Origin: Chrysomallon squamiferum
Taxonomy: Eukaryota; Animalia; Mollusca
Assembly (NCBI GenBank): GCA_012295275.1
Contig: CM022672.1
Location: forward strand, 30,938,001-31,002,000
Length of the DNA: 64,000 nucleotides
Direction of reading: 5' to 3'
Shown here: one piece after another, positions 37,990 through 51,501 of the stretch
Position numbering within the stretch: position 1 is the stretch's first letter
Layout: each line of letters opens with the position of its first letter
Program-made: the position numbers and the translations under genes
The notes under the pieces: generated by a model
Databases searched by the model: none
Seen by the model: only the letters and a program-made list of their open reading frames with translations
Told to the model about the DNA's origin: nothing

Positions 37990-39800
37990 GCTTACGCTTA
38001 ATGTGCAGGGCTATTTAAAGAGTTCTGGTTTCTTCTTTTCAAATACTCGTTTAAACTTAATGTGTAGGCCTATTTACAGTTACGTTTAAATAATGACAGT
38101 ATCCAGGTTTCTTGTTTTCAAGTATTCGCTTTCGCTTAGTATGTAGGCCTGCTTACAGTTATATTAATATATAGGCCTCTTTACAGTGTCCGTATTCTTT
38201 CTTTTCAAACACTCGCTTAAGCTTAGAAAGTAAGCCTATTTACAGTTATGTTAATATTAAGGCCTGTTTAAAGTGTTCTGGTTTCTTCTTTTCAAATACT
38301 CGCTTACGCTTAATATATAGGCCTGTTTACAGTTATGTTAATAAGAAGACCTGTCTTCAGTTACCTTAATATATAGTGTTCATGATTGTTCTTTTTAAAC
38401 AGTCGCTTACTTTAATATATAGGCCTATTTACAGTTATGTTAATCTGAAGACCCATTTACAGTTAGGTTAACGTGAAAACCTATTTACAGTTATTTTAAT
38501 ATGAAGACATATTTACAGTTATGTTAATATGAAGATCTATTACAGTTATGATGATATGAATACCTATTTACAGTTACGTTAATATGAAGATCTATTACAG
38601 TTATGTTAATATGAAGACCTGTTACAGTCATGTTAATGTGAAGATCTATTTACAGTTATGTTAATATGAAGATCTATTACAGTTATGTTAATGTGAAGAT
38701 CTATTTACAGTTATGTTAATATGAAGACCTGTTACAGTCATGTTAATGTGAAGATCTATTACAGTTATGTTAATATGAAGACCTATTTACAGTTATGTTA
38801 ATATGAAGACCTATTTACAGTTATGTTAATGTAAAGACCTATTTACAGTTATGTTAATCTGAAGACCCATTTACAGTTATGTTAATGTAAAGACCTATTT
38901 ACAGTTATGTTAATATGAAGACCTATTTACAGTTATGTTAATGTGAAGACCTATTTACAGTTATGTTAATGTGAAGACCTATTTACAGTTATGTTAATAT
39001 GAAGACCTATTTACAGTTATGTTAATGTGAAGACCTATTTACAGTTATGTTAATATGAAGACCTATTTACAGTTATGTTAATATGAAGACATATTTACAG
39101 TTATGCTAATATGAAGATCTATTACAGTTATGATGATATGAATACCTATTTACAGTTACGTTAATATGAAGATCTATTACAGTTATGTTAATATGAAGAC
39201 CTGTTACAGTGATGTTAATATGAAGACCTATTTACAGTTATGTTAATATGAAGACCTATTTACAGTTATGTTAATGTGAAGACCTATTTACAGTTATGTT
39301 AATATGAAGATATATTACAGTTATGTTAATATGAAGACCTATTTACAGTTATGTTAATATGAATACCTATTTACAGTTATGTTAATGTGAAGACCTATTT
39401 ACAGTTATGTTAATATGAATACCTATTTACAGTTATGTTAATGTGAAGACCTATTTACAGTTATGTTAATGTGAAGATCTATTACAGTGACGTTAATATG
39501 AAGACCTATTTACAGTTATGTTAATATGAAGACCTATTTACAGTTATGTTAATGTGAAGACCTATTTACAGTTATGTTAATATGAAGATATATTACAGTT
39601 ATGATGATATGATTACCTATTTACAGTTATGTTAATATATTTACAGAGTAAAGGTTTCTTCTTTTTCAAATACTCGCTTACGCTTAATATATAGGCCTAC
39701 TACAGTTATTTTAATATACAGGCCTATTTAAAGTATGCTGTTTTTTTTTTTTCAAGTAATCGCTTACGTATAATTATATGGGTCTATTTAAATTTACTTT

Positions 39801-39852
<52 letters not shown>

Positions 39853-40260
39853 AATGCCTATTCAAAGTGTCCCTGTTTCTTTTTTGAAATACTCGCTTAC
39901 GATTAGCATGTAGGCATATATACAGTTATGTTAATACGAAAATCTATTTTCATTTATATTAATATATAAGCCTATTTATAGTTATGTTAATATGAAGACC
40001 TATTTTCAGTTATGTTAATACATAAGCCTATTTATAGTTATGTTAATAGGAAGATCTATTTTCATGTACATTAATATGAAGACCTAATTCTTATGTTAAT
40101 TATATATATATATATATATATAAATTTTTTTTTAAAAAAAACACAAAAAACTACTTAAACTTATGTTAAAATGAAGACCTACTTACAACTTATGCTAATA
40201 TGACGACCTATATACGGTTATGCTAATATGAAGGCCTCTTTGCAGTGTCCAGTTTTCATC
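37990..40260 (+). repeat. 28-bp minisatellite (core 38410-39645, more than 40 copies) inside a degenerate longer-unit repeat
   Basis: Unit TTATGTTAATATGAAGACCTATTTACAG. Flanking units add GTTTCTTCTTTTCAAATACTCGCTTACGCTTAATATATAGGCCT. Confidence 0.96.
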
Positions 40261-40609
40261 TTTCTTTAACATAACGAATGGAATGTGCTGGTTTGCCGTG
40301 TCTGTCTTGACATTTGTTATTCACTGGACCTGCCAGGCAGAGTGTCACCATCGTTTTACTCACAAACAGCCTGGCTCTTAACGTCTTTCTAATGGCCGGA
40401 TGTAACATGGTATTACAATTATTAAACATGGTCAGGGGGTAATTTTCCTATTATTTATCGGGTGTCATAAGAACGATGAGACGGAAACATCAATTACATC
40501 TTCTTTTTTTTTTTTTGGCTTTGTTTTGAGAGCTAGCTACCGTTATCTTGCGGTTTCTGAACATTAAAAAAGTTTAATATTTTGATCAAGAAATGTCAGT
40601 TCTTCTGGC

Positions 40610-40629
<20 letters not shown>

Positions 40630-40642
<13 letters not shown>

Positions 40643-41165
40643 ATAATTTTATCCGTATAATAAGAATTATCAATACTTTTATATTTCTTTGTCAGTAAAT
40701 GTCGATTATGTTTGGCATTGTTTTAAACTGATATTTTGATTAGTAAATGTTCGATTGATATACGTATAGTAAGAATTGTTCATACGTTTCTGTTTCTTTA
40801 TTCAGTGAACGTCCATTATGTATGGCATTGTTTTACGATTTCGTATAATAAGAATCGTTGTAACTTTTATATTTTTATCAGTAAACGTCGAATATTTTTT
40901 TTGGCATTGGTTAATGTTATCCGTATATAAATAATTCTTAATACTTTTTTTTACTTTTTTTTTTATTAGTAAATATAGATTTTTTTGGCATTGTTTTATG
41001 GCATCGATATGATAACAGTTATAACTTATATACTTTTATCAGTAAATGTCGATTTTTTTTTTTTTTTTTTGTTTTTTACTTTGTATTGTACTAGAGCCAA
41101 CTTCAATCTCGTGCAATAAGTATAATAAGAATTGTTAGCATTTTATATTTGTTTTATCAGTAAGA
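40630..41165 (+). repeat. Degenerate tandem repeat, about 75 bp, about 7 copies
   Basis: Recurring TATCAGTAAATGTCGATT .. TTGGCATTGTTTT .. ATAATAAGAATT. Confidence 0.8.
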
Positions 41166-42088
41166 AGCCATTCAAACACAGTGTGTATATGTGGAATGTA
41201 TTAAATATAACTGTCTAAAACAGTAATAAAGTTTTAATATTTTTAAACGTAAACGAAATGTAATGGATACATTTTTAAATACGATAACGTAAAGGAAATG
41301 TAATGGATAAGTTTGAACTTGGAGAATTTATTCTTCATTTGAAGTTGAGTAAATCACTGTTAAATGGAATTAATTTGATATAAAATAATGGAAGGGTAAG
41401 AATTATAATACACATTAGAATAGTAATACAATACAATACAATACAACGTAATATATATTATAATATAATATAATACATAAAATAGAATATATTAGAAATT
41501 TCATTACTTTTACGCATTTGTTCCTACAGAACGTTATCATATAACACAATGATATTATAATAATAACTACTAAAAGATGCAATGTGGCTTTCGCTTACGA
41601 CAGCTAAAGTGAAACAGAATAAAGAGAATAAAGTAAGTAAATACAGTTTGAAAAAGTTCAAACGGAGTAAATAAATGCATCAAACAAACGTCCATTTTTT
41701 TTTTTTTTTTCGAAATGTGACCAAGCGACAAAAAGAAAAGCAATGATTATTTCAGCAAATATCCAAGTAACTTTTTTTTTTTTTTTTTACTCACCATCAG
41801 GTCGCTTATTACCTGCGTCAACATCAAAGGTCACGGAGGCTAAATGAATCTACAGTTCGTCTGGGAGAAACGCCAAGGATAAAATTCCAACAAAAAGATC
41901 TAAATGTGTCTGTTCTGTATTAATAACAACTAAACGGGGAAAGAAAACCAAGTTTAAAAAATGATGAGCAATGTGAAATAAAATGAATCCAGGTTAAAAA
42001 GAGATACAGTTCTGATTAATTCGGTAACTAGTGGTAAATAGCATTATTTAGCATTATATATATATATATATATATATAAGCAAGTACA

Positions 42089-42145
42089 GTTTTAAAACCA
42101 GAATATTACCTAAAATTTGATAAGCCAGAATTTGTATTGACAAGC

Positions 42146-42176
<31 letters not shown>

Positions 42177-43064
42177 GACATTTCAGTTTTATTACAAACA
42201 GAAAATGAAGCAATGAAAGAAAAAGGCTGAGATATGATTATGATTATATATATATAAATTCTGACTTATTAAATTGTAGGTACTATTTTGGTTTTAAAAC
42301 TTACCTACAAAATGTTATGGTTATCAAACTGCAGTTAATGCTCTTGTTAACTCAGTCACTAATGGTGTATAACAATAATTACATAACATGTTTTAATACT
42401 TGTCAATGAAAATGTTCTGGGTTATCAAATTGTAGATTAGCTCACTTTTAACTTGGGGTTTCGGATCAAACTGGGCCTTCGCTGTGAGAGGCTGTCTATT
42501 TCACCTCGCGTTACTATAGCAACATTTCTAGTAAAATTAGCTACGTTTTTACTACGTCTGCGTCACCTCGAGTTTCTATAGCAACCTTCTCGTAACATTT
42601 CCTACGTCATACAAAACGTTTTAATTAAAATTTTATCGTTCAGTGATAAAGTAGCTGCCCATTTCATATACCGGTCACTTAAATTGCTGCTTATTAAAAT
42701 TTATTCGGGTAATTAGTATTCATGGCTGTCTCATGGGCAAGTTCATTTTTTATGACTATAATTAGGTTCATATAACACCCGCATCCAAAGTGGACATGCT
42801 CCTTAAACATTTAAACTTAATTGAATAAGTTACACTTACCAGTTTTCGTTCAGACAAACCTATATTCATTTCATGTCCAGTGATATTAAAAAATCGTAAT
42901 AAATATTATCTTCAAATTTTATTGCATTATATCAAAGTTTACGTACGTCATAATTTCTTATTTTCTGACTTCTGTGCCAATGTAACCCGGTACCCATAAT
43001 CATATCCCAGCCTTTTTCTTTCATTGCTTCATTTTCTGTTTGTAACGAAAATGAAATAACGCCA
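42089..43064. repeat. Two interleaved inverted repeats (A 42089-42133 / A' 42256-42300; B 42173-42242 / B' 42995-43064)
   Basis: Manual reverse-complement alignment: A/A' 40 of 45 identical, B/B' 64 of 70 identical. Confidence 0.88.
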
Positions 43065-43764
43065 AGAAGTGGATTTTATTCCCATTATTTTTACTTTTTT
43101 TCTTCTTTTTTTTTTTGTGATTTACTCCAAATCATCTTCGCCTGATGAAATGGCTAGGAGGTCACCTGACCTACAATAATCATATCTAGATGAGTTTCAT
43201 TATTGATTGATCGTTATATCAGAGGTTATTATTAGTACTCTTTTGTACAAGTAATATATGACGCAAGCGCCCATTATTCACTGTTATGGTGGCAACCAAA
43301 TACTCGACATTAATATCAGGCCTCGTCTTTCTAACCTGAAATATTAACAGCAGACATCTTCATCATTAAATACTATTTGTTTTACAGTAATCACATACTG
43401 GAACAATATTCACGTGCTGGAACAAAATACATTTATTATAATTGTCCAAAAAAACCCCAGTAATCATAATTAACTTTTGATATAGTTTAATATGACGATT
43501 TAAACATGGTGTCTGGTTGTATAAAATAAAAGCTAATATATTTATTTTTAATTGAAGTATGTTTCTTCCTCGATCTAGTAAATTTAATGTTATATATATA
43601 TTTTTTTTTTTTTGAGAGTCATAGTACATACAAATAAATAAATAAAAACGAAAGAAAAACACTTTATTTTTTTGTTTGTTTTTGTACCGCCTTCCTCACT
43701 TGTCAGAAGTAATTTGTATAAAATGTATTCCTATGACCAGAAAGGGTAAAAGTCAATAAATTAA

Positions 43765-44105
43765 TATACTATACTATACTAAACAACACGAATTAATCTA
43801 TACTGTACTGTACTAAACTAAACTATACTATACTATATTAAACTATACGAATTAAACAATACTATACTATACTAAATATCAAATTAAATCATATTAAACG
43901 ATACTATATTATACTATTCTATACTAATATACTAGTATACTACACTACACTATACTAAACTATATTATATTATACTATACCAAATTAAGCGATACTATGC
44001 TATACTATACTATACTATACTATACTATACTAGTATCTATACTATACCATACTGTATTATACTATACTATTGTACTATAACATACTATACTATACTATAC
44101 TATAT
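43765..44105 (+). repeat. (TACTA)n degenerate pentanucleotide satellite
   Basis: Runs of TATACTATAC. Confidence 0.9.
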
Positions 44106-45039
44106 TTTATCTTATTTTATTTTATTTTTACCTGTAATATTCACGTGATATTTCGCTTTCTAACGTATATTCTTAAGTAAAGACAATTAAAAACTCAAAA
44201 CAACTCTCGCTTTGATTTTTATTATTATTTTTTTTCTACCAGTTTGAAGTTTGGTTACACCTACTTACCACTGACCGCTCGGCCTTTAGAAAGACAAAGC
44301 CTGAGACCTCAACGAAAAGCTCGACACACAGAGAGGTAGGCCGAGGACTCTCTGTGTGTGCAGTGAAAAGCAGTCAGTTTTAATTATTTTCTTTTCAGTG
44401 AAAATATCGCTGCGAAAATCATCACCAGTCGGAGATACGTGAGCTCGTATTGACGGAAAAACACGAAAACGTCTGTGGGAACGATCTCTTTCCAATCTAT
44501 TCCGTTCCTGCATTCAGGGCTTCATTCTGCGCGACATGTCCCGTGTACCTGCTAATTTCCTGCCTCCAGTCACCGACACGCGAAGTGATTCAACACCTAC
44601 GTGCAGTGTTTTATATCGAAAAAAAAAAAAGTAAAAAGAAAAAAGAAAAAAGAAAAAAGAAAAATGTCTCATAATAACTGATTGTGTTAATTAAAACCGT
44701 GCAGTGAGAAACACTTCTTTATGGCGATCAATCTGACCTTCACCTTGCCAGAATAATAGCCACCCACAGACATTTCGTCACACACATATCTATCTATGTA
44801 GCTCTATATTTGCTCTATCTATCTGTCTATCTATCTACCTGAATATCTGTCTATCTATCTATCTATCTATCTATCTATCCATTTATCTATCTATTTTTAA
44901 TTTCATATATAGTAAACAAATAAATAAATATTAAGTTCTAAGTTCGTATTCAACCAATCTGTCATTCCAGTATTTAACATTACAGTTCGAAGGTGCCAGA
45001 TCTATAGAAATCCCTTTTCGGTTGAATTTGTTCAATTTA

Positions 45040-45134
<95 letters not shown>

Positions 45135-45494
45135 CTGTCTATATATCTATCCGTCTGTCTGTCTGTCTATGTCTATCAGTCTAGCCTTCTTTATATCCAT
45201 CTGAAGTAATTACCCGTATTATGTTGTTGAAATTTTGAATGGTTAATTAAGACACTAACAAACATGAACTAAAAACGTAAACAATCCAGGTCACATTTTT
45301 AAACAATTCATTGGTCAAAATACAAATGTGAGAACGTCGGCATATTAAAGAAGCTAAGTAAGTATTGTAAACTTGAGATTATCAGTTTAAATCTCACTTG
45401 TTCGGGTACTTAAACAAAAAATCAGTGAGAAAGTAGTTTGTAGTGAAGAGACCAAACATCGAGCTTCTGGTCTCATCAAGTTGGGTTTCTTGTC

Positions 45495-45808
45495 TCATAC
45501 ATACATACATACATACAATCGTATGTACATACATACATACACACATACATACATACATATACATACATACATGCATACATACATACATGCATACATACAT
45601 ACACACACATACACACATACATACATATATACATACATACATACATACATGCATGCATGCATGCATACATACATACATACATGCATACATACATACATAC
45701 ATACATATATACCTATACACATACATACATATATACATACATACATACATACATACGTACATACTTACATGCATACATAAATATCAGAATAAGACAAGAA
45801 GCCGAGCT

Positions 45809-45855
<47 letters not shown>
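45495..45855 (+). repeat. (TACA)n followed by (TG)n microsatellites
   Basis: Directly visible; source of several spurious ORFs. Confidence 0.92.
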
Positions 45856-45856
<1 letters not shown>

Positions 45857-46927
45857 AAATAAAATAAATAAAAAGTAAAATGCAGGTAAAATAAACACAT
45901 ACAAACGCAAATCTTATGAAACAAAAAGAAACGAAAGGAAAACGAAATAATAAAATCATTTTACATAGTTTACGTTTAGTTCGTTTAAATATTTTAATTA
46001 ATTAAAAAACAAAAAAAAAAAAAAAAAAAAAAAATTCAATAAATTTTTTTGGGGGGGTTTGTAAATTTATTTAGATATATATATTTTTTCATTATTTTCA
46101 TTTATTTACTTTTTACTATTTTTTTCTTTTTTTCTAGATATTATTTTATTTATTTATTTATTTAGTTAGTTAGTTAATCATTATTCTGTTTTTAAATGAT
46201 ATATCGCCCAGTGCTGATAAATAATCGTCTGCCTTAACAGAATGCATGCTGTTCCAGAACAACCCCCCTACACCTCCCCACCCGCCCGCGGTTTTGTTCA
46301 GGACACTTACAGACAATAACAATGACGTAATTTTTACGCTGTAGTCCGTAACTTGAAACGTCATATGCAGGTTCTAAAAGCCACGTAATTCAATCAAAGT
46401 ACTTAAATCTATGTCTATGTGAGTATCTTTGTTGACTGTTTAACATAAGAATACGGTTTAATGTAAATTTTTAAATAAATATTGCCGATCGTATTTACCT
46501 CAATTGTCCATCAAGAAAAGCTGCCATCTTGTTGGCAGGGATATTGGTTAATAAAATAATTAGTCATAAATCTGTCGTTTCGTTTATTACCTTTGTTTAG
46601 TTAACAATTTAAAGATTTCTTCTTTTTTTTTTCTATTACGATTATTTTTCAGTAAATTAGGCATATATATATATATTATTAGGTTTTAAGACAGTTAAAT
46701 GAAGTAGCCAAACATTTCTCATCAGTTAATACCAGACGAATTGATGATGTTTAACTTTTAGAAAACATTTACATTTTATTTATTTTTATTTTTGTTTTTT
46801 ATTTTATTATTATTATTTTTTTTTAAATCTGTTTCCAAATAATTTTCTAATAACACTTTTGATGAATTTTTGAACGAAACAAGATTTATTATTATTATTT
46901 TAATGTTATTGAATTATTTATCATAAT

Positions 46928-47027
<100 letters not shown>

Positions 47028-47432
47028 GTATGTATGTATGTATGTGTGTATGTGTGTGTGTCTGTGCGAAAAAGAGAGAAGCAATATTCAGATAAACATT
47101 TGTATTAACTGTTAATACTTTCCGAATCTCTTGTTTACATAGTCGACTGATATTGCTGAAATCGGACTTACGTTTGCTAGATATATTAAAAAAGATTCTA
47201 ATATTAGAATGTCGACATTTCGTCACCAAATATTTATTTTAAATTACTACACCTCTATATTACTAGTCTCATAAAGCTTATCCTTTATATTCTATGAATA
47301 AGTAAATCTTTATTAAAATAGATCGTTTATTGTGAAGATCACGTACATTTTTGCTGCTGTTTTTTTTTTAATGCGAAATATTTATTAAACAGCATTCAAG
47401 TATATAATCAACCATACGTTTGAAAGCTGTCC

Positions 47433-47463
<31 letters not shown>

Positions 47464-48633
47464 TAAAAATGAAAAAAAAAATTAAAATAAAATAACATTG
47501 ATAATAATAATAATAATAAAAAAATTAATAATAATAAAAAAAATAAATTGAGGATAGAAAAAAAAATCAAATTATTACTATGATAACTGCTTAAGAAAAC
47601 ACATTTCTTATTTTTTTATTTATTTAATTTAACGCAACATTTATATAGATTTATTTCATTATAATGTTAGATTAACGTTATTTAGTCCCTGTAATCCACG
47701 CGTGTTCGTACGTAACAGTACATTTGCATAACTATTTATCAGTAAACTGATAATACCAGACGTTAATAATTTTACATATGTCGAATTACAGATACGAAGA
47801 AGAAGAAGAAGAAAAAGAAGAAGGAGAAAAAAACAAAACAAAAAACACGACGACTAATGAAACATGCTGCGCAATATTCACGTAGCTTTACGAAACTGAC
47901 AAACCATTTCATTCGCTCAGCGGAAAAAAAAAAAAAAAAAGAGAAGAAGAAGAAAAAAAATAACGAAAGAAGAAGAAGAAAAAAGAAAGGTTTCACTGAA
48001 TTGTACCGCCTGGTCCGATCAGTCGTCTGCCAGAAAGAGCACTGTACAATTCACATGGAAGGATACACCTTTAGTACGAGACGTGTGTCAAAACAATCTT
48101 CGGGGCGGGGCATGTGGAAGATTCCATTTTTCAATGACTGCCGCTGTAACGTATCTTCCCCCCCGCACGCGATAGTGTTTTGATCCCGAAAGGCTATTCG
48201 AGTGTATTAACGTAGTTGCGTTTCGCGAGACCGTAGAATGGGCTTGGATTTTTATTTAGCAAACGACATTCATCGCTTTTTGTGTTTTCCGCAGATTCTT
48301 GCTATATAAGTCGTGTTCCGTTGGACGGACGCCGAAGAAGAACGACGCATACCGTTGGGAAGCGCGAGATATATTTTTATCCGCTTCAAGCTGCACAGCG
48401 TATATTTTATTTTAGCGACACGCAAGTACAGGGTACTTAAGGCGCTTTCTTAAAGGGGCAAAGTGGCGACTATAAAAGCAGTCATGAAGAAACTTATTTT
48501 GGAGTTACCTCTCACATAAGTTGGAATTATTTGTGGTTGTTTTTTTTTTTTTCTTCTTCTTCTTCTTCTGTTTTTTTTTTTTTTTTTTTTTTTTCCCCCT
48601 CTCTGGTGGTGCGACTGTGATAAAATTTACATA

Positions 48634-49426
48634 ATGAAAGAGTGTTTGAAATACCTCGATTCCAGGAATGGAGCTGGATTTATCCTCGTTTTTTTGGTGT
48701 TGTTGTTACCCAGTGGGTTGGAGGCAGGCCAGTGCCCCCACGAGTGTCAGTGCAGGGCGAGGAGTATTGACTGCAGTTTTAGGGGACTCACCTATATCCC
48801 CAGGAATATACCAAAAGACGTTGAAAAACTGTGAGTAGAAATCGGTTTCTGTTACGTTTTTGTTGTTAGCAAAAATCTCTTAATGATTCAGTTAATTTAA
48901 TAATATTCTGTTTAATAATCAAATGTTCTACTTGTTAAAATACGTTTGTATGTTGTTGGTTTTTTTTTTGGGTTTTTTTAATATAACTTTTTCAGTCCGT
49001 CTGTATTTGTATTTTGTTGTTATTATTTTTGTTTTTTGAACGTTGGTCTAAGAAGATATACTGAAATTTTTGGCCTAAATTTTTGCATTTAATAAACTTC
49101 AGATAACATAAAACTGTAAAAGTATCCAATTTAGTTCAGTTTCTTTAATTATTAGAGGCCTACTATTGAAATGGGTAGAAACACAACAGACACACACACA
49201 CACACACAGAGACAGACAGACACACACACACACATAGACAGACAGACACACACACACACACAGACAGACACACACACACATAGACACACACACACACACA
49301 CACACACAGACACACACAGAGACAAACGCACACACACAGAGAGAGAGTGAGATCACTAGCATTAAAGTAATTGTAAATATATATTGATAATATATCTGAC
49401 AGATTTTTGTAGTTATATAGCATTGT

Positions 49427-49496
<70 letters not shown>

Positions 49497-50353
49497 TCAC
49501 TGTTATTACAGTTATTATTAATGTACACTGATACGGTATCTGACTGCTTTTTGTAGATACGTTTCATGATTACTGCTAATTTAATTAACATATTACACCC
49601 TGATAACAAGATTAGGTATCTAGCACAAAGCAAAATCTTCAAAGAATCTCACTTACAATGAACCCACAGTCCCATTACATTGTTGCAAGACACCTTCATT
49701 ATATAAACCACGCTAAAATTACTCTATTTAAAATGTTTTTTTTTTTAAATTGCTTATAATTTGAAACTGCTACGATATGTGATCTAAGGCTAAGCAAAAT
49801 TAAAATGTGTGTTTCTTAGAATAATATTATGTGGGTATAAATAGAATTGTTTTGGTTACTAATTTACGTTATTGGAAATTTCTTTATAGTAATAATCAAT
49901 TCCTGTTTCACTTAAAGATACGAAAAAAAAATTCGAAATATCGTGACAGGCTGAATATTTTGTTTAAAACTGAACATCAAAGTATAACAGCTGTATTTGA
50001 AGTGTTGGGATGAAATCCAAATTAAAAAAAATAAATACAACAACACCTTTTGGGCCCCCCCCACCAGATTTTAAAAGATTACTGAAAAACGAGTAGCTGA
50101 AACTTTATATTTTGTTTTGTTGCAATCAAAACAACAACTCGAGAAAATGAATGAAGAATATAAGATTTGTTTTCCTTTATTTTTTATTTATTTTTTATTT
50201 GTTTTGGGTTTTTTTAAACGATAATAGTAAACTGGCAGTAAAATTGAAAAAACTTGAAACAAAATACGCACACGCGAAAAATCATGATACAAACAAGCAC
50301 AGAAATACATACCCGCAAAACAACAGACCTGAACAGATTTGTCGATAAGCAGG

Positions 50354-50389
<36 letters not shown>

Positions 50390-50452
50390 TATATTCAAAA
50401 TGACTGCTTGGACACAGATACACATGCACACTGTCCTATTAACAGAAGTACA

Positions 50453-50506
<54 letters not shown>

Positions 50507-50661
50507 ACAGAAGTGAAACGGGGTATATAATTTTCGATTTAAAAGCATTGTGTGAAAAATCATTTGTATGCAAGTCATGAACAAAACACCCTTTTAACAT
50601 GATCCTTAGAGGAGGGGCAAAGAATTTAAATCTGAAAGCCCTACTCACATACACATATATG

Positions 50662-50707
<46 letters not shown>

Positions 50708-51416
50708 CACACATGTAGACACGAACAGAACTGAAATGGGGAATACAATTTTGGATTTGACAGCATTGTTCATGGTAATAAATATCATTTGTATACAGTC
50801 ATGCAGAAATAAGAAAAAATAAAAAAAATAAAATAAAAAATAAAAAATCTTTAAAAAAAATCTTTAATATAATCCTCAGAGGAGGGGAAGGAAATTTAAA
50901 TCTGTTTTGATAATAAGCGATTGTTTAAGAGCGAGAGTGAAAAAACAACAACAACCCCCCCCCACAAAATGTCTCCAGCAAGGCAGATAAATGTATTTCA
51001 AGACGTAAGCTCAGTTCGTAAATCTAGAGTAAATTGCTGGCGACTTTGGTCGTCGTTTATTTACAACTTTGCTTTGTAAATGAACAAATATTAAAATAAC
51101 TTATGACGTAAAAAAAAGAGAAAAAATGAAAGAAAGAAAAGGACTTCAAAGAACTTGAGTTATGTTTGAATCTGTTGCGGGTAAGTATGTTAATGTTTGC
51201 TTTTTACAAAATCGCTGTCACGTAAAGCATTTCGAAGTGACTGGAAGTTAAATAAACTGCAGACGCTTTCTGATTTTGTCTTTCGTTGAATCGTTACTAA
51301 GGCTAATATCGTGCCTGACAATGTTCAGACTATTAGTGTAGGTTGGATAATAGAACTATCATTATATCATTAGTATCAATGATATGATATGATATGATTA
51401 TGTGTGTGTGTGTGTG

Positions 51417-51501
<85 letters not shown>

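Noticed and set aside
48321-48345. TGGACGGA, matching the 5' end of miR-184
   Set aside because: The rest of the mature sequence differs and no hairpin is evident.
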